Positions 16,648 to 24,837 of a stretch of DNA of 32,000 nt are shown piece after piece. How positions within the stretch are numbered: the stretch's first letter is position 1; every line of letters begins with the position of its first letter. A model generated the notes under the pieces. That model was not told where the DNA came from and searched no databases. It saw only the letters and a program-made list of their open reading frames with translations. Source of the stretch: Halogeometricum borinquense DSM 11551 (GTDB lineage: Archaea; Halobacteriota; Halobacteria; Halobacteriales; Haloferacaceae); the NCBI RefSeq assembly GCF_000172995.2, contig NC_014729.1, forward strand, positions 150,001 through 182,000, in the 5' to 3' direction. The position numbers were made by a program, and so were the translations under genes.

Positions 16648-17933
16648 TTGCTCACCTCATCAGCAGAAGGGACTCTCTCTGGCCGGTCTCCCGACCCAGT
16701 CCCATCAGACACTTCTTGGGCAACCCGTCTGGCTTCGTCGAGCCATGTTTCTGGTGGGTCCATTTCAGCGAGTTGGCCCTTCCACGAGTCCGGGAAGTTG
16801 GCCTCGGCGAGTCGGTCTTGGAAGTTGCTCTCTTTGAATTGCTGTTGCGCGTTGTTTTTCGCGGCGCGTACGCCTTTGACGCCCGGAATGATGTTTGCGT
16901 AAGCCGCCATTTGAGCTTTGAACCCTTCATAGGCAACTTCGTGGCCGTCAATATCATCCCAGTTTTCCCGGATCTCCTGCAACTGCTCGCCTTCCTCCAG
17001 CATCTTCGGAATCATCATCTGACTGGCCACCAATGCAGTTGCACCGCCAAGAACGGTTTCTGCGCCAGGCATCCGCTGAACGTGCACGTCTGAGTGCTCC
17101 ATGCGATGCACGCCGATTTTCCCACCTTGCATCACGCGCTGGGCGGTTTCTTCGGCTTCCCGTTCCAAGCGTGGGTCAGGATCAATCTCTAACTCGCCTT
17201 CTTGGGGAAGCATCGACACCGCGCCGCCCGTTTGCTGGCGCACGTGTGCTAACTCGTGGGCGAGAATATGCTGGCCTTCAGCACTCGATGGATCGTACTC
17301 GCCGTGGTTGAACGCGATGTGATTGCCGACGGTAAACGCGCGGGCGTTGATATCCTCGCAAGCTTTCGCGGCCGATGGACCCGTGTGGACGCGTACATCG
17401 CCCAGATTGTCGCCCATCCGATCTTCCATCGCGCGCTGGATGCTCGTGTCGAGTTGCTGGCCGGGCGAGGAAATCACGTCTCGCACTGAGTCGGGCACGT
17501 TCGCGTCACCAGCCTTGCTTGCTTCGTGATGCGCGCCGCGACTGCGCTGGACGGATTTAGCGTTCCGGCGTTCGATGTCCTTTGGGACTTCCGCGGGCCG
17601 TTCTTTCTGACGCTGGCGGAACGCGCGCATGTCGCGTGGCTTGCCCATCGTATCGACGGTCATGCCTTCGTCGGCCCACTGCCGAACTTGATCTGCGCCG
17701 TGTTTCTTGGCCAGTCGCTGAATCTTCGTATCCAGCCCATCCATGTAGATCTCTACCCCGAAGCGAGACTCACACTCTTGGGGTGTTAGCGAACCACCGC
17801 CACCACGACTCTGATTTCGATTCGAGCCTCCCGTCAGCTCTTGAATAGACGGAACGGACGAGGACTCTTTGCTCGGAGTCGTCCGTTCGTTCGCAGACCG
17901 AAATCTCATTCTTACTGCAAACTTGATAGCCAT
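16644..17933 (-). CDS. DUF4157 (zincin-like HExxH metallopeptidase / pre-toxin) domain protein with a variable C-terminal domain; candidate polymorphic toxin
   Basis: 429 aa. Residues about 150-234, GQQLDTSIQRAMEDRMGDNLGDVRVHTGPSAAKACEDINARAFTVGNHIAFNHGEYDPSSAEGQHILAHELAHVRQQ, match the DUF4157 consensus as I recall it (L....R..ME..fG.dfs.VRvHt...A......A.AfT.G..I.F..g.y.P....G..LLAHEL.HV.QQ). The start is ambiguous. TTATATA at 17936-17942 (minus strand) and a TT at -10/-11 fit a leaderless start at the second ATG (17909, MRFRS...) at least as well as 17933. Confidence 0.85.
   Translation of the reverse strand: MAIKFAVRMRFRSANERTTPSKESSSVPSIQELTGGSNRNQSRGGGGSLTPQECESRFGVEIYMDGLDTKIQRLAKKHGADQVRQWADEGMTVDTMGKPRDMRAFRQRQKERPAEVPKDIERRNAKSVQRSRGAHHEASKAGDANVPDSVRDVISSPGQQLDTSIQRAMEDRMGDNLGDVRVHTGPSAAKACEDINARAFTVGNHIAFNHGEYDPSSAEGQHILAHELAHVRQQTGGAVSMLPQEGELEIDPDPRLEREAEETAQRVMQGGKIGVHRMEHSDVHVQRMPGAETVLGGATALVASQMMIPKMLEEGEQLQEIRENWDDIDGHEVAYEGFKAQMAAYANIIPGVKGVRAAKNNAQQQFKESNFQDRLAEANFPDSWKGQLAEMDPPETWLDEARRVAQEVSDGTGSGDRPERVPSADEVSK
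17068..17132. repeat. 65-bp direct repeat, copy 2 (internal to the 429-aa gene, encoding M268-M288 and the first two bases of the P289 codon)
   Basis: See copy 1. It marks the boundary between the conserved N-terminal part and the variable C-terminal domain. Confidence 0.95.
17232..17486 (-). other. DUF4157 zincin domain segment within the 429-aa protein (HELAH encoded at 17244-17258)
   Basis: Coordinates come from a residue count of the ORF. cacgagttagcacac (HELAH) was read on the minus strand at 17258..17244. Confidence 0.8.
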
Positions 17934-17935
17934 CC

Positions 17936-17947
17936 TATATAATTATT
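17936..17947 (-). promoter_or_regulatory. TATA-like box upstream of the DUF4157 gene
   Basis: The minus strand reads AATAATTATATAGG-ATG. The box lies about 27-33 nt upstream of the second in-frame ATG (17909). The whole 17934-18137 intergenic region is AT-rich and is shared with the divergent SPFH gene. Confidence 0.4.
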
Positions 17948-18137
17948 CGTTCCTCGGCTTCGTGGTGTGCAAATATGGGCGACGGATCGGCGTGGTTACC
18001 GGTCATCTCAGATATTCGCAGCCAAATATCGCTAAAAGATGATTCCAGGTGTTTGTGTTTTTCTTGAATCGGGGTACTGAACAATTCCATGTGAAAATGA
18101 GACGTACGCTTAATGTCGTCGGGACTAAAATACGGGT

Positions 18138-19271
18138 ATGGCCAACCTCTTCCGCCAACTCGGCCGCATGTCCGCTCAGGGACCGCCGGACTGGCTCCTG
18201 ACCGGAATCGGGCTGATCGTCGGGTTTGCCGCCGTGTTGGCGGTATTCGGATTGGATCCTGTCGTCCTCATCAGCGTTCTCGCCCTCATCCTTCTCGTAG
18301 CGACAGTTCTCAGCGCCATCGAAATCGTCAACGCCTACGAAAAGCGCGCGTTGACCGTGTTCGGAGAGTACCGCGGCCTCCTCGAACCGGGATTAAACAT
18401 CATCCCGCCGTTCGTCGCGCGCACGTACACGTTCGACATGCGTACCCAGACGCTGAACGTGCCGCCGCAGGAAGCGATCACCGAAGATAACTCGCCGGTC
18501 ACCGCCGACGCTGTCGTCTATCTGCGCGTGAAGGACGCCAAGAAGGCGTTTCTCGAAGTGGACCAATACAAGACGGCGGTATCATACCTCTCGCAAACGT
18601 CGCTTCGGGCCGTCATCGGCGATATGGAACTGGACGAGACACTGTCGCGGCGCGAGGAGATAAACCGCCGCATCCACAGAGAACTGAACGAACCGACGGA
18701 CGAGTGGGGTGTCGAAGTCGAATCCGTCGAAGTGAGCGAGGTGAAGCCGTCGGCAGACGTGCAGAGCGCGATGGAAGAACAGTCCTCCGCGGAGCGCCAC
18801 CGTCGCGCCATGATTCTGGAAGCGCAGGGGAAACGACGCTCTGCCGTCGAACGGGCACAGGGAGACAAGCAGTCGAATATCATCCGCGCGCAGGGTGAAA
18901 AGCAGAGTCAGATCCTCGAAGCGCAGGGAGACGCAATCTCGACCGTCCTTCGGGCCAAATCCGCCGAGTCGATGGGCGAGCGCGCCATCGTAGATAGAGG
19001 ACTGGAGTCGCTGCAGCGCATCGGCGAGTCGCCCTCCACGACGTACGTCCTCCCGCAGGAACTCACCAGTCTCCTCGGACGGTACGGCCGCAGACTCACG
19101 GACGCGAGCGTACAGGAAGCGCCGGGATTAGAGAGTCAGGATTTCGACATGGAGACACGCGAACTCCTCGGACTAGATGACGTAGACGACATCGCCGAGG
19201 GAGTCGAATCACTCACGAACGGCGACACCAACAACACCGAAATACGTCTCGAAGAGACAGAAGAAAACTAA
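18138..19271 (+). CDS. SPFH/band-7 (stomatin/prohibitin-like) membrane protein
   Basis: 377 aa. An N-terminal TM region is followed by an SPFH domain (YEKRALTVFGEYRGLLEPGLNIIPPFV...TEDNSPVTADAVVYLRV...LRAVIGDMELDETLSRREEIN) and a coiled-coil AQG-repeat tail. Confidence 0.9.
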   Translation: MANLFRQLGRMSAQGPPDWLLTGIGLIVGFAAVLAVFGLDPVVLISVLALILLVATVLSAIEIVNAYEKRALTVFGEYRGLLEPGLNIIPPFVARTYTFDMRTQTLNVPPQEAITEDNSPVTADAVVYLRVKDAKKAFLEVDQYKTAVSYLSQTSLRAVIGDMELDETLSRREEINRRIHRELNEPTDEWGVEVESVEVSEVKPSADVQSAMEEQSSAERHRRAMILEAQGKRRSAVERAQGDKQSNIIRAQGEKQSQILEAQGDAISTVLRAKSAESMGERAIVDRGLESLQRIGESPSTTYVLPQELTSLLGRYGRRLTDASVQEAPGLESQDFDMETRELLGLDDVDDIAEGVESLTNGDTNNTEIRLEETEEN

Positions 19272-19658
19272 AACACCGCACCGAATCAGACACAACGCCG
19301 CCTTCGTCGCACAACGTTTATGAACAATCATGCACATATTTATCATATGAGCCACGAACGCGGTTCGACCGGGCCGCAGGGAGCGTCGGTTCCGCGACCA
19401 ACGACGGCCGAAACGGGAGTTATCGCTCGGTTGAAACGCCACCTTCGGACGTGGCCCGACCGTTACGTCGAGATGCGAATCGGGACCGTTACAGCGAGGT
19501 ACATGGATTCAACGGCGACGAAACGGACGGCTGACTGACCGAGTCGGATACGTAACCGACGGCGAGGCCGCCGGAGCCTCGGCGGACGGGACAAATTCTA
19601 CGAGCGTCGAACAAGTCCGAAGTAGACGAGCGAAGGCGTATAGTGTCAAGTAGCGCAA

Positions 19659-19745
19659 CTGACGGGTGCCGTATCCGGGAACGCACTAACGGGTGCCGTA
19701 TCCGGGAACGCACTAACGGGTGCCGTATTCGGGAACCTAACGGTG
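19659..19745. repeat. 27-bp tandem repeat, about 3.2 copies (ctaacgggtgccgtatccgggaacgca)
   Basis: Copies at 19659-19685 (1 mismatch), 19686-19712, 19713-19736 (24 nt, 1 mismatch) and a partial copy at 19737-19745. It lies in the 544-bp convergent intergenic region between the SPFH and TauE-like genes. Confidence 0.9.
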
Positions 19746-19815
19746 ACGACCATACGACGGGCAAAAATCGAATCGGGACCCGGACGCTACCGGGTCGTAT
19801 GTGATCGAGTGTCGA

Positions 19816-20901
19816 TTAGGCGATGCCCGCAGCCATGAGGAACAGCGCGACGGAAATGACGGTGAACAGAACACCGACGAAGTTCTTGATAGTGTCCGTC
19901 TCCAGCGCGTTCGACACATAGGGGGCAATCTGGCCGCCGATAACCGTCGCCGGGACGGTGAAGACGACCATGTTCCACGGCGTCGTCGCCAGACTCAGCG
20001 AGTGACCGCCGACCAACCCGCCACCGAAGACGTGAACGAGGGAGGCGAGGACGGCAGTGAGTGCGACGACGATGTGGTTTGTACCGATAGCGACGCGGAC
20101 GGGGACGTTCGTCCCGAGCATCGAGATGATGCCCAGTTCACCGACGCCGAACCCAGCGAGACCCTGGAACAGGCCGCCGATGCTGTAGTTACCGAACCGG
20201 CGGAGGTATCCGCCGCGCGTGTAGGTGTAGTCGTCGCCCTCACGGTCCACCCGGGTGACGGTGCCGTTGTCGTCCGTGCGGACGCCTGCCGGTCCGAGTT
20301 TCCCCGCGTCGTTCGGCAGGTCCGTATTGAGAGAGCCACCGTCTGCAACCGCCTCGGAGTCGTCGCTACTGCCCGCACCCTCGTGTCCAAGGTCGGCGCG
20401 GAACAGCAGGTACGCCGACGCCAACAGCGCGAGACCGAGGAGCGAGTGGAACACCATCTCGGGAATGATGAATGACAGCAGTGCGCCCGCGATGACGAAC
20501 GGAACCGACCCGCCGACGAGCGTCAGTGCCAGTCGGCGGTCTACGAGACCGTACTGGACGAACGCAACCGCCGAACTCGACAGGCCGAACGCCTCACTGA
20601 TGAGACCAACCTTGACGATGGTCGTGGGTGAGAGCGGTTGGGCAAACTGCGGGAAGATGAAGATAAGGAACGGCACGAACAGCGCCGAACCGCTGATACC
20701 GACCGTGTTCACGATGGTTGCTCCGGTGAGGAACACCGGGAACAACCACCAGTATTCGAGCCAGTGGTCCAAACCGCCCGCGCCGTCCGTCGGGGCCCAC
20801 AAGAGGACGGCCGTAACGAACACGACGGGAGCGATGAGGACGAACAGGTGTTGATGTCTCAAGAACGACTTCTGTAGCCGACTGTAGGAGTCAATATTCA
20901 T
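19816..20901 (-). CDS. TauE/SafE (TSUP, DUF81) family anion-exporter-like membrane protein
   Basis: 361 aa and highly hydrophobic, with two repeated halves separated by an acidic loop. It has glycine-rich TM motifs typical of TSUP (GISGSALFVPFL, GFGVGELG). The family assignment was made by eye. Confidence 0.65.
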   Translation of the reverse strand: MNIDSYSRLQKSFLRHQHLFVLIAPVVFVTAVLLWAPTDGAGGLDHWLEYWWLFPVFLTGATIVNTVGISGSALFVPFLIFIFPQFAQPLSPTTIVKVGLISEAFGLSSSAVAFVQYGLVDRRLALTLVGGSVPFVIAGALLSFIIPEMVFHSLLGLALLASAYLLFRADLGHEGAGSSDDSEAVADGGSLNTDLPNDAGKLGPAGVRTDDNGTVTRVDREGDDYTYTRGGYLRRFGNYSIGGLFQGLAGFGVGELGIISMLGTNVPVRVAIGTNHIVVALTAVLASLVHVFGGGLVGGHSLSLATTPWNMVVFTVPATVIGGQIAPYVSNALETDTIKNFVGVLFTVISVALFLMAAGIA

Positions 20902-21228
20902 TGTACTGTATTAGTTGTCCAGACCGCTCACGTCGGTTCGTGGCCGGGGTGAGAGAACGAGTGCATCGGGGCTGTTCGGTACGGCATCGGTGCGAACAGG
21001 CATTCAGGATATACCCCCCGTCGGAAGTGGGACGTGACGGTCGAGTTCGACGCTATGGTTCGTCGAATGGCAAACCATCGTGACGCGGCCATAACGACGA
21101 ACCAGTAAAAAGTCTTGAGGTTACAGACAGTATTCGTGACTCAGTACCAAGCGAGGAGCGAGAGCTGTTTATTGACCGCTAGACGGACGATTTCGCGTTC
21201 GAGAACCCTACCAACGTCGAAGTCGGTC

Positions 21229-23343
21229 TCAGAAATCGTCCGGCGGTGCGAGGCCATCGTCGTCCGTGGGGACACCGTCGTCTAGTGGGTCCGCCTCGGG
21301 TTCGACGCCCTCCTCCTCGTCAAACAGGTCGAACTCTCTCCGCAGGTCGCGGATGCGGTCGCGGATGTCTGCGGCGAGTTCGAACTCTAAGTTGTCTGCG
21401 GCCTCCTGCATGCGGTCTTCGAGGTATTCGATCTGTTCGCGCGCGTCGTCTTCGTCGGTCGGTTGCTCGGATGCCGACCGAGTTGCACTCGTCTCGCTTC
21501 CGGGGAGATTCGTCTCGCCAACGGCTTTGTCGATGGTTGTCGGTTCGTAGCCGTGTTCTTCGTTGAACGCTTGCTGAATCGCGCGACGGCGCTGAGTCTC
21601 TTCGATAGCCGCCTCCATGGAGTCGGTCGTCTCGTCGGCGTAGAGGATGACCTCACCGTTGACGTTACGGGCCGCCCGACCCATCGTCTGGATCAGCGTG
21701 GTCGTCGAGCGGAGGAAGCCCTCTTGGTCGGCGTCGAGGATGGCAACCAAGGAGACTTCAGGAATGTCGAGGCCCTCACGCAGGAGGTTGATACCGACGA
21801 GGACATCGATGTGTCCGAGTCGGAGGTCGCGGATGAGTTCGTGGCGCTCCAGCGTATCGGTCTCGTCGTGCATGTACGCCACGTCTACCCCCGCTTCTTC
21901 GAGGTACTCGGTCAGATCCTCGGCCATCCGCTTCGTGAGCGTCGTCACCAGCGTCCGCTCGTCGCGTTCGATTCGGGTGTCGATCCGATCCAGCAGGTCG
22001 TCCACCTGCCCTGTGGCGTCGGCCAACTCGACTTTCGGGTCTACGAGGTGGGTCGGACGGACAATCTGCTCGGCGATCTGCTCTGAGTGTTCGCGTTCGT
22101 AGTCGCCGGGCGTCGCGGAGACGTACAGCGTCTGGTCGGTCTTCTCCTCGAACTCCTCGAACGTCAGCGGGCGGTTGTCGTACGCGGTGGGAAGACGGAA
22201 GCCGTTTTCCACGAGCGAATCTTTCCGCGCTTTGTCGCCCGCGAACTGCCCGCGAATCTGTGGGAGCGTCTGGTGGGACTCGTCGATAACCGTCAGGAAG
22301 TCGTCGGGGAAGTAATCGAGAAGCGTGTACGGCGCGTCGCCCGACTCCCGGTTCGACATGTGGACGGAGTAGTTCTCGATACCGGAACAGTAGCCCGTCT
22401 CCTGTAACATCTCGATGTCGAACGTGGTCCGTTCTTCGATTCGCTGGGCGGCGACGAGGTCACCCTGCCGCTCGAAGTACCGGACGCGCTCTTCCATCAA
22501 CTCCTCTATCTCGGATATCGCTTGTTCGAGTTGGTCCTCCGGGATAGAGTAGTGCTCCGCCGGGTGGATGAGAACCGCAGGTTCGGTCGATTTGACCGCT
22601 CCTTGGAGCGGGTCGAGTTTCTGCATCCGGTCGATTTCGTCGCCCCAGAACTCGATGCGGACGGCGTAGCGGCCGTACATCGGAAACACCTCGACGGTGT
22701 CGCCGCGGACGCGAAACGTCCCCTGTTGGAAGTCCACATCGTTTCGCTCGTAGTTCAGATCGACGAGGCGGCGAAGCAAGTCGTCGCGGTCCATCCGGTC
22801 GCCCACCTCCAGACGGAGCGACATATCGGTGTAGTTTGCGGGATCACCGAGACCGTAGATAGCCGAAACAGAGGCGACGACGATGACATCATCACGGGTG
22901 AGGAGCGACCGAGTGGCCGAGTGGCGCAGACGGTCGATCTCCTCGTTGATGGACATGTCCTTGTCGATGTAGGTGTCCGTCTGTTCGATGTACGCCTCCG
23001 GTTGGTAGTAGTCGTAGTAGGAGACGAAGTACTCTACTGCGTTGTCGGGAAAGAGATTCTTGAACTCCTCGTACAACTGCGCGGCGAGCGTTTTGTTGTG
23101 CGCGATGACGAGCGTCGGTTTTTGAATCTCTTCGACGGTCCACGCAACAGTATTCGTCTTCCCCGACCCGGTGACGCCGAGGAGCGTCTGTTTCTCCATT
23201 CCCGCCTCGAACCCGCGGGCCAACTGCTCGATGGCTTCGGGTTGGTCCCCGGCGGGGTCGAACGGCGCATCGACGCGAAAATCGCGGTCCACCTCAGGGT
23301 GGTCCGGGGTCAGGGCACCGCCGGAACCGGACGTGTCACTCAT
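21229..23343 (-). CDS. uvrB: excinuclease ABC subunit B
   Basis: 704 aa. Walker [19 protein letters not shown], a DEAD-like VIDESH, helicase C motifs, and a C-terminal UVR domain ([16 protein letters not shown]). Confidence 0.96.
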   Translation of the reverse strand: MSDTSGSGGALTPDHPEVDRDFRVDAPFDPAGDQPEAIEQLARGFEAGMEKQTLLGVTGSGKTNTVAWTVEEIQKPTLVIAHNKTLAAQLYEEFKNLFPDNAVEYFVSYYDYYQPEAYIEQTDTYIDKDMSINEEIDRLRHSATRSLLTRDDVIVVASVSAIYGLGDPANYTDMSLRLEVGDRMDRDDLLRRLVDLNYERNDVDFQQGTFRVRGDTVEVFPMYGRYAVRIEFWGDEIDRMQKLDPLQGAVKSTEPAVLIHPAEHYSIPEDQLEQAISEIEELMEERVRYFERQGDLVAAQRIEERTTFDIEMLQETGYCSGIENYSVHMSNRESGDAPYTLLDYFPDDFLTVIDESHQTLPQIRGQFAGDKARKDSLVENGFRLPTAYDNRPLTFEEFEEKTDQTLYVSATPGDYEREHSEQIAEQIVRPTHLVDPKVELADATGQVDDLLDRIDTRIERDERTLVTTLTKRMAEDLTEYLEEAGVDVAYMHDETDTLERHELIRDLRLGHIDVLVGINLLREGLDIPEVSLVAILDADQEGFLRSTTTLIQTMGRAARNVNGEVILYADETTDSMEAAIEETQRRRAIQQAFNEEHGYEPTTIDKAVGETNLPGSETSATRSASEQPTDEDDAREQIEYLEDRMQEAADNLEFELAADIRDRIRDLRREFDLFDEEEGVEPEADPLDDGVPTDDDGLAPPDDF

Positions 23344-23477
23344 CGGTCTTCGGTTCGGGTTACACGTACTTGAGACGGTCGGTCACCCGGTTTTCCACCG
23401 CATCAAGCGCGTCCGAGTTCGACGCGAAGACGGCCGCCGTGGCAAGTGTTTTGCGCGGAGAAACCATATGATACAGC

Positions 23478-23747
23478 ATGACACGTGAACTACTCAGTGC
23501 GGCGAGCGAGGAACTGAGCGATGCCGCAGACACCGCAGAAGACGAACTACGGGAACGGATCAGCGACCAAGCTGACGCGTTAGCAGCGCTCGCAGAGGCG
23601 GACCGAGGGCCGGATCACGGCCGGTTGGCACGACATATGAACGCCCTTTCGGAAATCGCAGAGCAAGCCTCCGAGGACATCGAAGAACGCGTCGAGTCCG
23701 CCCGCGACAAAGTGTCGGAGTACCGCGAGGGCGTCGAAGGCGTTTGA
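23478..23747 (+). CDS. small acidic helical protein (function unknown)
   Basis: 89 aa with the very acidic composition typical of haloarchaeal proteins. Divergent from uvrB. Confidence 0.55.
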   Translation: MTRELLSAASEELSDAADTAEDELRERISDQADALAALAEADRGPDHGRLARHMNALSEIAEQASEDIEERVESARDKVSEYREGVEGV

Positions 23748-24141
23748 GACAGGTTCACTAACCCCTTTGTTTCGGGTGGAGATTGAAACCCATTCTCAGA
23801 GATTGCACGGGCTAGAAGCGGGTGCAGACGTAGGATATTGGAGAGAAGCGTGCAGCGTGTACCGGAAACGAACGGGTTCTGTCTGGTGCGAGAGCGATGT
23901 GAGAGCGGAAGCGATGCAGAGCAGTGAGCGTGCAGTGTGAAGTACCTCGGGGTCAAGCCCCGAGGCACTCGCCTTGTCCACCTGGAGAAACTGTGTGAAA
24001 GTCATCTAAAAGCGGTGTGGGGGTGTGTACCTCGAGGCTCGCAGTCGCTCGCTCGCGGCCGTTCTTTGGTCAAGATTTGTTCGTGGATTCGAGGCAACGG
24101 CTTCCTCGTCGCCGAGGACTCCCGAAAAGAACGGTAGGAGT

Positions 24142-24822
24142 CTAGCAGACGTTCTTCGGCTTCACGCCCATGCGTTCGAGCGTTTCGACGTAGTCGTCGT
24201 ACGCCGCCTCGACGACGGCGTCTGCGGCCTCGTGTGCGGCGTCCCAATCATCGTCGCTCTCGCACACTTCAGCCAGCGTTTCGACGACCCGGTCGCGTTC
24301 GTCTTCTATCGCGGAGCGAAGCGTGCGGAATTCGGAGGCGGTCGTGGGGTCGGCGTCACCGACGAAGAAGCCGACCATCTGTCCGGCGTACTCGGATACG
24401 ACAAGGTAGCGACCGAGGAGACCACCGATGCGGCCCGGTGTGTCGTCCTCGAATGCGAGACGGTCGTACAGCGCGGGGTCGTCGCCGCGGTCGTACCCGT
24501 CGGGTTCGGCCGACTCGGCGTGGTCGCGCATCTCGTCTGCGAGGTCCGCGAGAAGCACCGCGGCGTCGCCGTGTTCGACCATCGCCCAGTCTTCGAGCAC
24601 GTCCGCGGCGGCGTGTTGGTCGTCCGCGGCGGCGGCTCGAACCGCATCGGCCTCCATCTCCCCGCCGGTGAGAGCGTACAGCGCCTTCGAGGACCCGAGA
24701 CGAGAGAAGGCTGTTTCGTGGTCGTCACGAATTCGGTCTACGAGGTCGTCTCCGTTCATGAGTCGTGGTACGACGTGTCCCCGTTTGTAGCCATCGACAC
24801 CCGTAATCCTATGATGATTCAC
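24142..24822 (-). CDS. acidic helical protein, possibly ferritin-like/rubrerythrin-like (tentative)
   Basis: 226-aa ORF with coding-like acidic composition. An internal ATG at 24759 (MNGDDLVDRIRDDHE...) is a plausible true start, because the divergent neighbour begins at 24838. The functional guess comes only from the helical, His/Asp/Glu-rich pattern. Confidence 0.6.
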   Translation of the reverse strand: MNHHRITGVDGYKRGHVVPRLMNGDDLVDRIRDDHETAFSRLGSSKALYALTGGEMEADAVRAAAADDQHAAADVLEDWAMVEHGDAAVLLADLADEMRDHAESAEPDGYDRGDDPALYDRLAFEDDTPGRIGGLLGRYLVVSEYAGQMVGFFVGDADPTTASEFRTLRSAIEDERDRVVETLAEVCESDDDWDAAHEAADAVVEAAYDDYVETLERMGVKPKNVC

Positions 24823-24837
24823 TGAGACGAAGCGACC

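Noticed and set aside
14069-17933. Calling the cassette eCIS-, T6SS- or CDI-associated.
   Set aside because: No sheath, tube, baseplate, VgrG, PAAR, Rhs, filamentous-haemagglutinin or two-partner-secretion genes occur in this 32-kb window. DUF4157 alone does not establish the delivery route.
17975-18067. 30-aa ORF (MGDGSAWLPVISDIRSQISLKDDSRCLCFS) in the AT-rich gap upstream of the DUF4157 gene.
   Set aside because: It is too short, has no motif or evident translation signals, and cannot be supported from sequence alone.
13988-18137. Whether the AT-rich cassette is a discrete mobile element (integrative island, transposon or provirus fragment).
   Set aside because: There is no integrase, transposase, tRNA attachment site, terminal inverted repeats or flanking direct repeats longer than a chance 7-mer (tcagata). 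I report it only as a compositional anomaly.
19320-19538. 72-aa plus-strand ORF in the SPFH/TauE intergenic region.
   Set aside because: The composition is basic, His/Arg/Thr-rich and atypical for this organism. There is no recognisable motif or promoter spacing. It remains only as a possibility inside the intergenic-region finding.
19489-19764. 91-aa minus-strand ORF translating the 27-bp tandem repeat as SRIRHPLVR x3.
   Set aside because: The 9-aa periodicity is simply a consequence of the 27-bp DNA repeat. The rest of the ORF is R/S/P-rich noise.
23769-23789. CRISPR-repeat-like palindromic element gtttcgggtggagattgaaac (GTTTC...GAAAC ends).
   Set aside because: I could find only a single copy. 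There is no spacer-repeat periodicity and there are no cas genes in the window, so it is not a CRISPR array.
24075-24100. tcgaatcc-like motif (minus strand) resembling a tRNA T-loop.
   Set aside because: The flanking bases do not form a T-stem, and no acceptor or anticodon arms could be drawn. I found no tRNA or rRNA gene anywhere in the window.
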